Origin: Octopus vulgaris
Lineage: Eukaryota
Length of the DNA stretch: 64,000 nucleotides
Assembly (NCBI GenBank): GCA_951406725.2
Contig: OX597820.1
Coordinates: 32,488,001 to 32,552,000, forward strand
Reading direction: 5' to 3'
Shown: piece after piece, positions 53,114-64,000 of the stretch
How positions within the stretch are numbered: position 1 is the first letter of the stretch
How the letters are laid out: each line of letters starts with the position of its first letter
Notes under the pieces: model-generated
Told to the model about the DNA's origin: nothing
The model's input: only the letters and a program-made list of their open reading frames with translations
Databases searched by the model: none
Position numbers and translations under genes: made by a program

Positions 53114-53200
53114 TACGACGGGCTTCTTTCAGTTTCCATCTACCAAATCCACTCACAAGGCTTTGGTCGGCCCGCGGCTGTAGTAGAAGACACTTAACCA
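52815..53200 (-). mobile_element. SINE family A lacking the 5' head
   Basis: Family motifs. Confidence 0.85.
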
Positions 53201-53324
53201 AGATAACTGATAGAGGAATTAAACGAAATGTAAGCTTTAGGAAAATATGATATGCAGAATTGTAACGATCATGCATGAGATTATTATGTACTTCATGATA
53301 GAAATAGAATATACTACTTTTTTA

Positions 53325-53520
53325 CTTTAGCCCTTGTTTCTATTGGAGCAGCGGCCATCGATGGCTTTTCTCTACTACTCTTGAATATGGAGAGTCCTTT
53401 CTGCTTCCTTCAGCTGAAGCTTTGTTTTTCCAGCTCTCCCAGTATCTGCTTCCAGTTAATTTTTAACGTCTTTTCTTCCATCTGCCTTGTGGGTTCCAGG
53501 TTAGGGCACAATTTTTGTGT
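53325..53520 (-). mobile_element. Decayed RTE-clade LINE 3' fragment
   Basis: The - strand reads CALTWNPQGRWKKRR, similar to the RTE motif ALxWNPQGKRxRGRP. Confidence 0.6.
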
Positions 53521-53847
53521 TTTTTCTGTAGGTCAGAAGGGGTATAGGCCTTCCCTATAGGAAGGCCTTCTTCTCTCTGATACTGTTGGTTTTGATTGTC
53601 ACCGATGCTTTCTGCTTTTTTTTTTACTCTAGGTAAGGATGTTGTTTCTAATCAAACATATTTTTACCTCTGGATAGAAGCAGTCCACATTAGTCTGGCC
53701 TCAATCTTCTGATTTGTCTTTCATGAGAGGCCCTACCACGAACCTGCGCCTCATAGCCATCTATCATCAAGGTCATTGAAACTCACATGCCACCACACCA
53801 CAAGGACTGGATCTTGCGGTAAAAACCAATGTATAGGGCCATAAAAT

Positions 53848-54548
53848 ATTGGTTTCAGATTTTGGCACAAGGCCAACATTTTCGCAAGGAAGGAGTAAGT
53901 CGATTACATTAGATTCCAGTGTTCAACTGGTCCTTATTTTATCTGCCCCGATAAGATGAAGGGCGGAGTTTGAACTGAGAACATACTGACGGACGAAGTA
54001 TTTTCCTCGGCGTTCATAACGATTCTGCCAGCACGCCACTTTTTGTAGTTTTATAATAATGGTTTAAAATATTGTATTAGAACCAGCAAGTAGTGGGAGC
54101 GGGTAAGTCAATTACATAGACCCCCGGTGCTCAACTAGTATTTATTATATTGAACCCGAAAAGATGAAAAGTCAAAATAAACCTCGGTGGAATTTGAACT
54201 CAGAACATACAGATGGACAAAATGCTGCTAAGCATTTTGCCCGATGTGCTAACGACTCTGCCAGCTCTCCGCTTTTCGTGCTTCTTTGATATTGGTTTCA
54301 AATTTTAGCACAAGGCCAGCAAGTTCGATCTGGCAAAATTGCTAACACGCTGGACAAAGTGCTTAGCGGCATTTCGCCTGTCCCAACGCTGTGAGTTTAA
54401 ATGTTACCGAGGTCAGCTTTGCCTTTCATTCTTTCGGGATCTATAAATAAATAAGTACTAATTCATCACTGGGAGATGTCGATATAATCAACTTCCCCCC
54501 CACCCCACCCTCCCTCGAGATTTCTGGACTAGTACCAAAATTTGAAAT
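53848..54548. mobile_element. Cluster of old SINE family B copies (two on -, one on +)
   Basis: Degenerate GTCGATTACAT..CAACTGG..GAATTTGAACTCAGAAC motifs. Confidence 0.7.
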
Positions 54549-54879
54549 TAACAAGGCTAGTGGGTGGTGGGGTGCTGGTGGGAGTGCTGGAGAAAGCGGG
54601 GGGGTTGGAGGATGGGGATAGGTTCATTGGAGTCTGTAGACCGTTTTCTATACAATTATAGACTTTCTAAGCAGCCATTATTTCATATTGTATATTTACC
54701 AACGAATCTAAGATGGCTCGTGAAACTGTGGTGGTGGTGGTGATGGTATGGTGGGGTGGAGAGGTTAGTGTTGGGGATGCTGAACTGCAAATATACAGCT
54801 GAATGTGAAAGAAACCATTTTTCATATTGTTGGCCATTATAAATCCGAACGTACACTGTCAACCAAATCTCTGCATTCA

Positions 54880-55176
54880 ACGGCACCACCACCACCACCA
54901 CCGCCACCATTGCTGTTTCTGCACCGTCACCTCCACCGCTACCACCTCAATCATCGCCTCCACCATCACCACTGACTCTGTTGTATTTTTCTTCCTTTAT
55001 TTTTTTACCGATTTGTTGTCTTAAGCAAAACCGTCAGCCCCACCGCCAACACCACCACCACCGGCACCGCGATCACCACCGCCTCTGTTTTTTCATCACT
55101 GTTGTCGTCGTCATTTTCTTCATCACCCCCTCCTCTTCATCATCATCATCATCACCACCACCACCACCACCACAAC

Positions 55177-55208
<32 letters not shown>

Positions 55209-55231
55209 CCGTCATCATTTTCATCGTCATC

Positions 55232-55264
<33 letters not shown>

Positions 55265-55300
55265 CTCATCATCATCACCGTCATCATTTTAATCGTCATC

Positions 55301-55334
<34 letters not shown>

Positions 55335-55430
55335 TCCTCATCATCATCACCGTCATCATTTTCATCGTCATCACCACCACCACCATTATCATCATCATCA
55401 TCATCATCCTCACCGTCATCATTTTCATCG

Positions 55431-55479
<49 letters not shown>

Positions 55480-56279
55480 CATCCTCATCATCATCATCAT
55501 CGTCGTTATCGTCATCATCATCGTCATCATCATCGTCATCATCATCGTCATCATTTTCATCTTCATCCTCCTCATCATCATCATCGTCGTCATCGTCATC
55601 ATCATCGTCATCATTTTCATCCACACCATCATCATCTTCGTCGTTGTCATCGTCACCATCTTCCTCCTCCTTACCATCATTATCATCATCATCATAATCA
55701 TTGACGCTCCCATTTGCCAACCATATATCACATCTCTAGCTCTCAGCATCAATAATAAAAGGGGGACTTCTGGTCAGTAGATATAGTCAGATGGTGGTAG
55801 TGGTGTTGGTGTTCATGACGGTATCAGTGGTGGCGGCGGCGGCGGCGTCAGCGCTGACAGTAGTGGTGGTAATGGTGATGGTAGTGGTGGTTGTGGTGAT
55901 GGGGGTAATGGTGGTTGTGGTTGTGGTAGTAGTGGTGATGATGGCGTTTGTGGTGGTGATGGTGGTGGTGGTGGTGGAAGTGGTGATGGTGGTGGTAGTG
56001 GTGGTGGTGATGGTGATGGTGGAGGAAGCCGCGATCATAATAGTTGCGGCGGCGGCGGCAGCTGTGGTGCTGGTGGTGGTGGTGGCGCTTGTGGCAGCGG
56101 TGGTAGTGTTGATGGTCTCTCTAGAATTGATTCTGATGGTTTAGATATAAGTAGTTGCTATCGTCATTTTGGCGATCATCATCATCATCACCACCACCAT
56201 GACTAACATCAGCAGAATCTTCATCATCGCCATCATCATCCCCATCATCACCAACACCATCACTACCATCAGCAGAACC

Positions 56280-56371
<92 letters not shown>

Positions 56372-56460
56372 TATCATCATCATCATCATCACCACCACCA
56401 CCACCACCACTATCACAACACCATTACCTTCATCACCTTCCTCCCCCACCAACACCACTA
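54880..56460. repeat. Large compound (CAT/CAC)n - (GGT/GAT)n - (CAT)n array
   Basis: Direct inspection; source of the poly-His/Asp/Met/Val ORFs. Confidence 0.95.
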
Positions 56461-56722
56461 GACCTATTCGTCGTTTGGCCGTGGCCATCCTGTGTATTTC
56501 TAAGCCAGGAAACTCGTTCACGGAGATGCACTTGCATAGCAAGTGACTTGATCGTGTGCTGAAACAAAAAACAATTGCAGCGTGGAAGATATTTGTAAGA
56601 ACACACGAATACCGTTAGTTTCACATCAACATTTAATTTTCATTTGTTTCAAAAATATTTTTTTGAAACCGCGACCTGTTCACTGGCAAAACTTGAAAAA
56701 ACAAGATTCAGCATATGTGTAT

Positions 56723-57139
56723 AAGGCGGCGAGATGGCAGAAACGTCAGCACGCCGGGCGAAATGCTTTGTGGTATTTTGTCTGCCATTACGTTCTGTGT
56801 TCAAATTCCGCCGAGGTCGACTTTGCCTTTCATCCTTTCAGGGTCGATAAATTAAGTACCAGTTACGCATTGGGGTTGATATAATCGGCTTAATCCGTTT
56901 GTCTGTCCTTGTTTGTCCCCTCTGTGTTTAGCCCCTTGTGGGTAGTAAAGAAATAGGTATTTCGTCTGCCATTACGTTCTGAGTTCAAATTCCGCTGAGG
57001 TCGACTTTGCCTTTCATCTTTTCGAGGTCGATAAATTAAGTACCAGTTACGCACTGGGATCGATGTAATCGACTTAATCCCTTTGTCTGTCCTTGTTTGT
57101 CCCCTCTATAGCTAGCCCTTTGTGGGCAATAAAGAAATA
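56723..57139 (+). mobile_element. SINE family B dimer
   Basis: Full head, then a second unit restarting at GGTATTTCGTCTG (~56956). Confidence 0.9.
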
Positions 57140-57359
57140 AAAATATTTAGCACGCTAGGTAAAATGCTTAGCGACATTCCATCCGTCTTTACGTTCTAAG
57201 TGCTCAGTTGTCTATATATGAGCAACCCCAGTGGTCAACTGGTACTCGATGGAATGTGAACGAAAAGACGGACGAAGTGCCGCTAATTATTTTGTCTGGC
57301 GTGCTAACGATTCTGTGTGCTCGCCGCTGCTTTTAATAATAACACTTTCTATTATAGGC

Positions 57360-58018
57360 TGAGAGATAAAAAGTTGAGTAGGAGAGCGAATAGAGGTGTG
57401 TATGAAGGCATGATTGTGCCGACAATGTTATATGGTGCAGAGATGTGGGGATGAGAGAGGCGAAAAGGAAGCGACTAGATGTGTTTGAGATGAGATGTCT
57501 GAGGGTTATGGTTGGTGTAACACGGATGGATAGGCTGAGGAATGGGGAGGTTCGAAGGCAAGCAGGAATGAGAGAAAAACTAACAGATAGACGAATGTTT
57601 AGATGGTTTGGCCACATGGAGAGAATGGATGGGAGCGGATAGTAAGAAGAGTGATGAGGGCAGAAATGGTAGGCAGCAGAACCAGAGGCAGACTTCGGTT
57701 TGCGTGGATGGATGGAGTGAGGAAAGCTTTGGTGGTTAAAGGTGTTGCAGTCAGAGAGGCAAGAGAGTTTATAAATGATAGGAAAGCTTGGAGAGTGTTT
57801 GTAGACGGATGAGTGAATTTTAATGTTGCGGCGGGGGTAAACCAGTATATTCTGTCGGGCCCGCTGCTGATATGTGGTGGGGTGTGTTCTGTGCCTTGAC
57901 CCGAGCATAGAACGGAGCCCGCCTTTTTGAGCTGGGAAATGAACGAAATGCCTGGTATGTATCTTGCTGTGGCTACTCCCTCCTAAAAAATGGAGAATAT
58001 GCCAGGGTATATAAAAAA
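57360..58018 (+). mobile_element. 5'-truncated RTE-clade LINE inserted into a SINE B (-), with 9-bp TSD
   Basis: LYGAEMW..LDVFEMRCLRVMVGVTRMDRLRN..RWFGHMERM..GSRTRGR..WMDGVRKAL..DRKAWR; ATTATAGGC occurs at 57351-57359 and 58019-58027. Confidence 0.92.
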
Positions 58019-58457
58019 ATTATAGGCACAAAGCCTGAACATTTGAGAGAAGTCGAATTACATTGACCCAGTACGCTACTGGTACTTACTTTATCAACAC
58101 TGAAAAGATAAAAGACAAAGTCGACCTCGGCGAAATTTGAACTCAGAATGTAAAGAACCGGTCGGAAAACATAACAGACGCTCTAACGATTCTGCCAAAC
58201 AGTTCCAATAACAGTAACAGTAATAATGTATTACTGTTGCTGTTGTTATTATCATTATGAACATTATTCATTATAAGAGGGTGATAAAAATCAGCTCTAT
58301 TGTTCTTAGAAAGGCTTTGACAATTATTATTGATGAAACCATAAACTGCTGGATCAAAAGTTCTGGAAAAACAAAGACCAAATTCGTGACAGAGACGTTT
58401 CCCACACTGTTCAATAGGTTGGATTGCTAAGAAGCCAAATGTCTCTAAATCAATCAA

Positions 58458-58549
58458 TTCATTACCGTCGTCATCACCACCATCATATTCGTCGTTATCA
58501 TCGTCGTCATCACCATCTTCATCAAAATTGTCATCGTCGTAGTTGTCGC

Positions 58550-58586
<37 letters not shown>

Positions 58587-58684
58587 TTCATCATTGTCGT
58601 CGTCGTCACCACCATCATTACTATCACTACCCTGACGGCCTTCACCATCCCCAACACCACTGCCGACACCAGTACCGGCATCAT

Positions 58685-58760
<76 letters not shown>

Positions 58761-59092
58761 CCAGCTGTAATAGCAACTCCGTCATCATCAATACCGCCCA
58801 TCTGCATCAAGATCGTTATGATCATCCTCATCATCAAAACCATCTCCACAGCCAACTACCACCACCACCACCACCACCACCACCACGATCATCATCACCA
58901 CTAACACCATAATCATCATCATCATCATCGTTGTCATCGTCGTCGTCGTCGTCATTGTCGTTGTCGTCGTCGTCGTCGTCGTAATCACCACTGCCACCAC
59001 TACCACCCCAACAACGCCACCACCAGCACCACCATCATCATCGTCGTTATCATTATCACTACTATTATCACCATTGTCATCGTTGTTTTCAT
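58458..59092. repeat. Compound (CAT/CGT/CAC)n array
   Basis: Direct inspection. Confidence 0.95.
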
Positions 59093-59464
59093 CTACATAG
59101 ACAGGCATATCTCACAGGTTTCTCTTGTTCAATTGGAAATTTGCCAAGTTTTACTTGTGTAAAATTCTATCATGTTTATCTTGAGACAGAAAATATAAAT
59201 AATAATTTTTTAAACATTCTTATCAATTTTTTTCAAAAATCTTAACTTAATGCATAATAATGAAACCCCTCCATGAGCGGGTTGCGACAGGACGTGCAAA
59301 TTTCAAAAATGTAGCAATGTATTATACAGGTCCCCAAAACTTTGGAGGAAGATTTTGTCGTGTTAAGCTTACAAAGAATAAGTTCTGGGTTCGATTTTTT
59401 CGACTAAGGCAGGGGCTCTAGCATGACCGCAGTCAAAAGACTGAAATAAATAAAAGAATAAAAG

Positions 59465-59826
59465 AAATCGTTTCAGTCTTCAAGAACTTTGAAGAAAGTT
59501 TTGTTGGAAAATTAGAATCGTAGAAATCTTAAAGAACTTTGAAGAAGACTTTGTTGAAAAGGAAATATCGAATAGCCTTCAAGATTGCCGAAGGAACTTT
59601 TATGGGAAAGTTAGCTTAGGAGAAGTAATCCAGATTTGCTAAGAAAGTTTTGTTGAGAAGTTTCTTATTTCTTTATTTGCTAAGAAAATTTTGTTGAGCA
59701 GTTAGCATTGTTGAGAAGTTAGCATTGTTGAGAAGTTAGCATTTGTTGAGAAGTTAGCGTTGAGAAGATAGCATTCAAGTTTGTCGAAGATTTTATTGAA
59801 AACATAGCGTCGTTTAAGTCTTCAAA
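59465..59826. repeat. Degenerate tandem repeat (~45-50-bp TCTTCAAGA..GAAGAAAGTTTTGTTGA units; 17-bp GTTGAGAAGTTAGCATT sub-array)
   Basis: Recurring motifs; related units at ~60050 and ~60235. Confidence 0.7.
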
Positions 59827-60052
59827 ACTGCAGGCATCAGTTGTTAGTTGTCGGAGCACTGCATCCTTCAAAACTTCCATGCTTTCTGAGATTCGCCAAC
59901 ACTACACCTGATTTTCTCCCCTCCATACACACACAAGCATGTATCTGACTCATGCATTGTTCGCTTTCCAGACATTTGTACATTACTGCATATGCTCTGA
60001 CAAGTTGTGGTGCACCTGAGCACTGTATACAATAATTTCATTATTATTATTA
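59826..60052 (+). mobile_element. Probable CR1-group LINE 3' end with (ATT)n tail
   Basis: KLQASVVSCRSTASFKTSML..* resembles the CR1-type ending LPxxVVxxxSxxxFK. Confidence 0.55.
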
Positions 60053-60108
60053 GAAATCTTTGAAAATTTTGTTGAAAGAGTAGCATAATATAGATGATGA
60101 TGATGATG

Positions 60109-60154
<46 letters not shown>

Positions 60155-60884
60155 ATTGACAAAAAAAATTCCAAAGTCTTACAGTTGTTTCTGGAATATC
60201 CCAGAGTATGGGATATTCTGTCATCGGAGACAAAAGACCTTCAAGATTGTTGAAGAAAATTTAGTTGAAACGTTAACATTGTAACACGCCTTCAAGAAGC
60301 CTAGCCTGCAAAACAAGGACAAATATTAGATAATTGAATAAATAAATAGATGACAATTTGATAAGCAAATTCAGTTTCAAACACACATTGGAAAATACAC
60401 AGAATAGCACAAACAAATACATTTGAAAGTGAAGAAACAAATGTTGGCGATATTTGAAATTTTTGCTTAATGCAAACAATATGAAATATGAAATACTTAT
60501 GTGTATGTGTGTGTGTCCAAATATATATACATATAAATAGGCAGATAGATATGTATATATCTCATATAGGCATGGATAACTCAGTTGTAAAAAGACATTT
60601 AATCTTTTCTCTTTTACTTGTTCTAGTTTCTTTCAAGTTCACTTTATTTATATTCTTGTTTTATAAACCCGATTATTATTTTCGGCAATTTAACATTTTT
60701 CAACATCCTGAATAGCTCGAATTGTATTAGCATGGTGGGTGGCTGTGTAGTAAGACGCTTGTTTCCCAAATACATACTTCCAAGTTCAATCCTACTGCAT
60801 GCCACTTTGGGCAGAAGTCTCTGGGCCGACTAAAGCCTTGTGGCTGGATTTGGTAAACGGCAATCGAAGGAAGCTCTTAGTATA

Positions 60885-60950
<66 letters not shown>

Positions 60951-61082
60951 AGATAACGGTGTCATTGAGGCCTAAATGTGTCAGGTAATGCTGAATAAGT
61001 GCTATAGACAGACCATAGTTAAGTTCCAGATTCGGTAATTTTGTGAATAAGGGGTTCAACGTTGGTTCTATGTCAGCGTGTG

Positions 61083-61222
61083 TATATAAGAATCTTTTTG
61101 CATAATGAGATAAAAAAAAACAAGGCCATGTAGATATTAGAGCATTTACAGATATCTATAAATGTTCTAATATCTACACAGCCTTGGTTTTTTTCTCTCA
61201 TTACGCCAAAAATTCTTATATA
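61083..61222. repeat. Foldback palindrome (140 bp, essentially no spacer)
   Basis: TATATAAGAAT..TAATGAGA..CAAGGC..TGTAGATATTAGAGCATTTA is mirrored by TAAATGTTCTAATATCTACA..GCCTTG..TCTCATTA..ATTCTTATATA. Confidence 0.9.
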
Positions 61223-61355
61223 TATATATACATACATATATATATGTATATATATGCAAGAAGAAATTGGAGGAAAAATAACAGGAAGGAGTTGGTCGTT
61301 TGCTCTAGTAAGGCATTAATTTAATTAATTAATGAAGACAAGTGGTAGTAATGGT

Positions 61356-61409
61356 ACATTTACGATCGTTTCTGTTTACCAGTTGTAGTGGTAGACATCA
61401 TCAGAATGC
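61356..61409 (-). ncRNA. Type I minimal hammerhead ribozyme, apparently intact, in a Penelope-like remnant (~61255-61610)
   Basis: GCATT-CTGATGA-TGTCTACCA-CTACAAC-TGGTAAACA-GAAA-CGATCG-TA-AATGT: canonical core, 5-bp stem I, 8/9-bp stem II, palindromic stem III, GUA cleavage triplet. Confidence 0.8.
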
Positions 61410-61672
61410 ATAGACATATGTAGAGGTAAGAAGAGCGAAAGTCATAGGGATACATTGGTAACGAGAATAAAGACGAATATTGGTGAGTCTTACATTATAG
61501 TAGATTTCGTAGTTGATAATTCTGCCGCAAAGTGGATGTAGGATGGAGGTTATTTTAAACTGTAGTTCCAAGTTTTAACTAGGCGCATATTTTCTACGTG
61601 TTTATTCTAGCTAGACTTTTCACCATAACAATATATATATATTGGTATATATATATATACATACATACATAC

Positions 61673-61721
<49 letters not shown>

Positions 61722-62123
61722 GGCGCAGGAGTGGCTGTGTGGTAAGTAGCTTGCTAACCAACCACATGGTTCCGGGTTCAGTCCCACTGCGTGGCATCTT
61801 GGGCAAGTGTCTTCTGCTATAGCCCCGGGCCGACCAAAGCCTTGTGAGTGGATTTGGTAGACAGAAACTGAAGGAAGCCTGTCGTATATATGTATATATA
61901 TATGTATGTGTGTGTGTTTGTGTGTCTGTATTTGTCCCCCTAGCATTGCTTGACAACCGATGCTGGTGTGTTTACGTCCCCGTCACTTAGCGGTTCGGCA
62001 AAAAGAGACAGATAGAATAAGTACTGGGCTTACAAAGAATAAGTCCCGGAGTCGAGTTGCTCGATTAAAAAAGGCGGTGCTCCAGCATGGCCGCAGTCAA
62101 ATGACTGAAACAAGTAAAAAGAG
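61722..62123 (+). mobile_element. SINE family A, full length, little diverged (older 3' half follows at 62230-62400)
   Basis: Complete head, CORE-like block, internal (TA)/(TG) array and tail. Confidence 0.92.
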
Positions 62124-62165
62124 AATATATATATATGTCTGTGTGTGTGTATGTGTGTGTTTCGT

Positions 62166-62201
<36 letters not shown>

Positions 62202-62573
62202 TGCTTGTGTATGTATGTAGGTTTTTTTGCGTTTATCCACCACCACTTGAAAAGCGATGTTGGATTCTTTACGTCCCCATAGCTTAGCAGTTCGGCAAAA
62301 GGAATCAGTAAAATAAGTACGAGGTTTAAAAAGATGAATTAGCACTGGGGTCGACCCCAGCATGGTCCCAGTCAATCATTGAAACAAGTAAATGACAAAA
62401 GATGAAACAAAAAAAGAACAAAGAATGTCACCAAAGATTGTGCAATATCTACACCCTGCCATGTCGTTATTGATATAACTTCCTTTGTAACATTCCCACA
62501 CGATATTTGTATCCCCTTTGTAATTAATCTATTGAATGCACCCTACCCTACTCCGATGGCAAAGTAAGAAACC

Positions 62574-62870
<297 letters not shown>

Positions 62871-62992
62871 TGCTGTTGTCATTCTTTCTGTTGCTACTGT
62901 TTTGAATTTGCTTCACTTTTGTTTTGTCTTGTTTTGTTTTGTTTTCGTTTTGATTTTGTTTAGTTTTAATTCATAATTATCATTATCGACGC

Positions 62993-63032
<40 letters not shown>

Positions 63033-63239
63033 ATATACTAGAGAAAAGAAAACGCAAAATCTTTTCCGCCATTTTGCGATAAATTTCCTTCGATCATCAG
63101 ACTGTCGTTTGTCTTTAATTGACGGTGATTAGCTTTTTGCGCCACACCCAGTGGCCATTGAAGTCATGTCTCTTTGTGATGGACATCTAATGCACAAACA
63201 AATGTGACTATACGTTATGCGAGTATACAATTGTGTGTG

Positions 63240-63275
<36 letters not shown>

Positions 63276-63639
63276 TTGTTTTACGTTTGTGTATGCGTCT
63301 AGGCATGTTTGATGTATCGGCAAATATCCGCATCTGTGAATGTGTGTGCATGTACGTATTTGTTTGTACAAGCTTGTCTTGGGTTTCCTGTGCGCATATG
63401 TATGCATATGTGCATGTATATATGTATGTATTTATGTATGTTTTTACCTAGATATGTTGCACTTTGCATAAAAAGGCGTTGGTATACTAATCCATACATG
63501 TTTGTGTACACATATGGGAGTTTGCGGAAACTTACATTATGATGGCGCGCGTATGGAAATATAAATGAACTGAAGTGATTGATACATATGCGTGTGTATG
63601 GGTGTATATACATATATATCATATATTCATATATACATG

Positions 63640-63716
<77 letters not shown>

Positions 63717-64000
63717 ATATCTATCTGTTTCTCTATCTATCTCTCTCTCTCTCTCTCAATATATATATATATATATATATATAATATGTGTGTGTGTTTG
63801 TGTGTGTAATGAAACATATATATATGTATGCATGTACGTATATAGATATGTATAAATGCGCATATATATATGCATGTGTGTATGTTTATATAGGCACGTG
63901 TATATATATGTATATACACACGTGCATATAAGTATATGTATATATATTACGCATGTCTTTATAAATGTATGTATATGCATGGATGTATGTAGATATGTAT

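Noticed and set aside
55102-55704. 200-aa histidine-rich ORF and overlapping poly-Asp/poly-Met ORFs
   Set aside because: Translation of a (CAT)n array that is open in several frames on both strands; no flanking gene structure.
59465-59826. Possible CRISPR-like repeat/spacer array (also 25571-25731)
   Set aside because: Units are degenerate and contiguous with no unique spacers, the context is eukaryotic, and there are no cas genes.
63078-63107. CTGATGA..GAAA on the - strand
   Set aside because: Stems I, II and III do not form; likely a chance match.

Overview
AT-rich eukaryotic DNA, intergenic or deep-intronic. A coleoid cephalopod (probably Octopus) is inferred from recalled repeat families and the extreme microsatellite load; this was not checked by search. 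No intact host gene, rRNA, true tRNA gene or CRISPR array is supported, and almost all ORF-track entries are translated microsatellites. The window contains: (1) several modular tRNA-derived SINE families; (2) LINE remnants (Tx1/L1-like, CR1/L2-like, RTE, R4/Dong-like RLE); (3) a dead Hsmar1-like mariner, a DD37D/maT-like remnant, TA-flanked MITEs and two non-autonomous Helitrons; (4) Penelope-type minimal hammerhead ribozyme motifs; (5) foldback palindromes. The most notable signals are a ~555-bp non-coding retroposon-like element found in (TAA)n arrays, a Tx1-like LINE in (TATC)n whose 3' end matches the tail of an abundant SINE, a second SINE/CR1-like pair sharing a 3' stem-loop, one apparently intact hammerhead at 61356-61409, and a palindrome whose loop holds an inverted copy of the neighbouring LINE fragment. 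Coordinates and identities were read by eye and are approximate.
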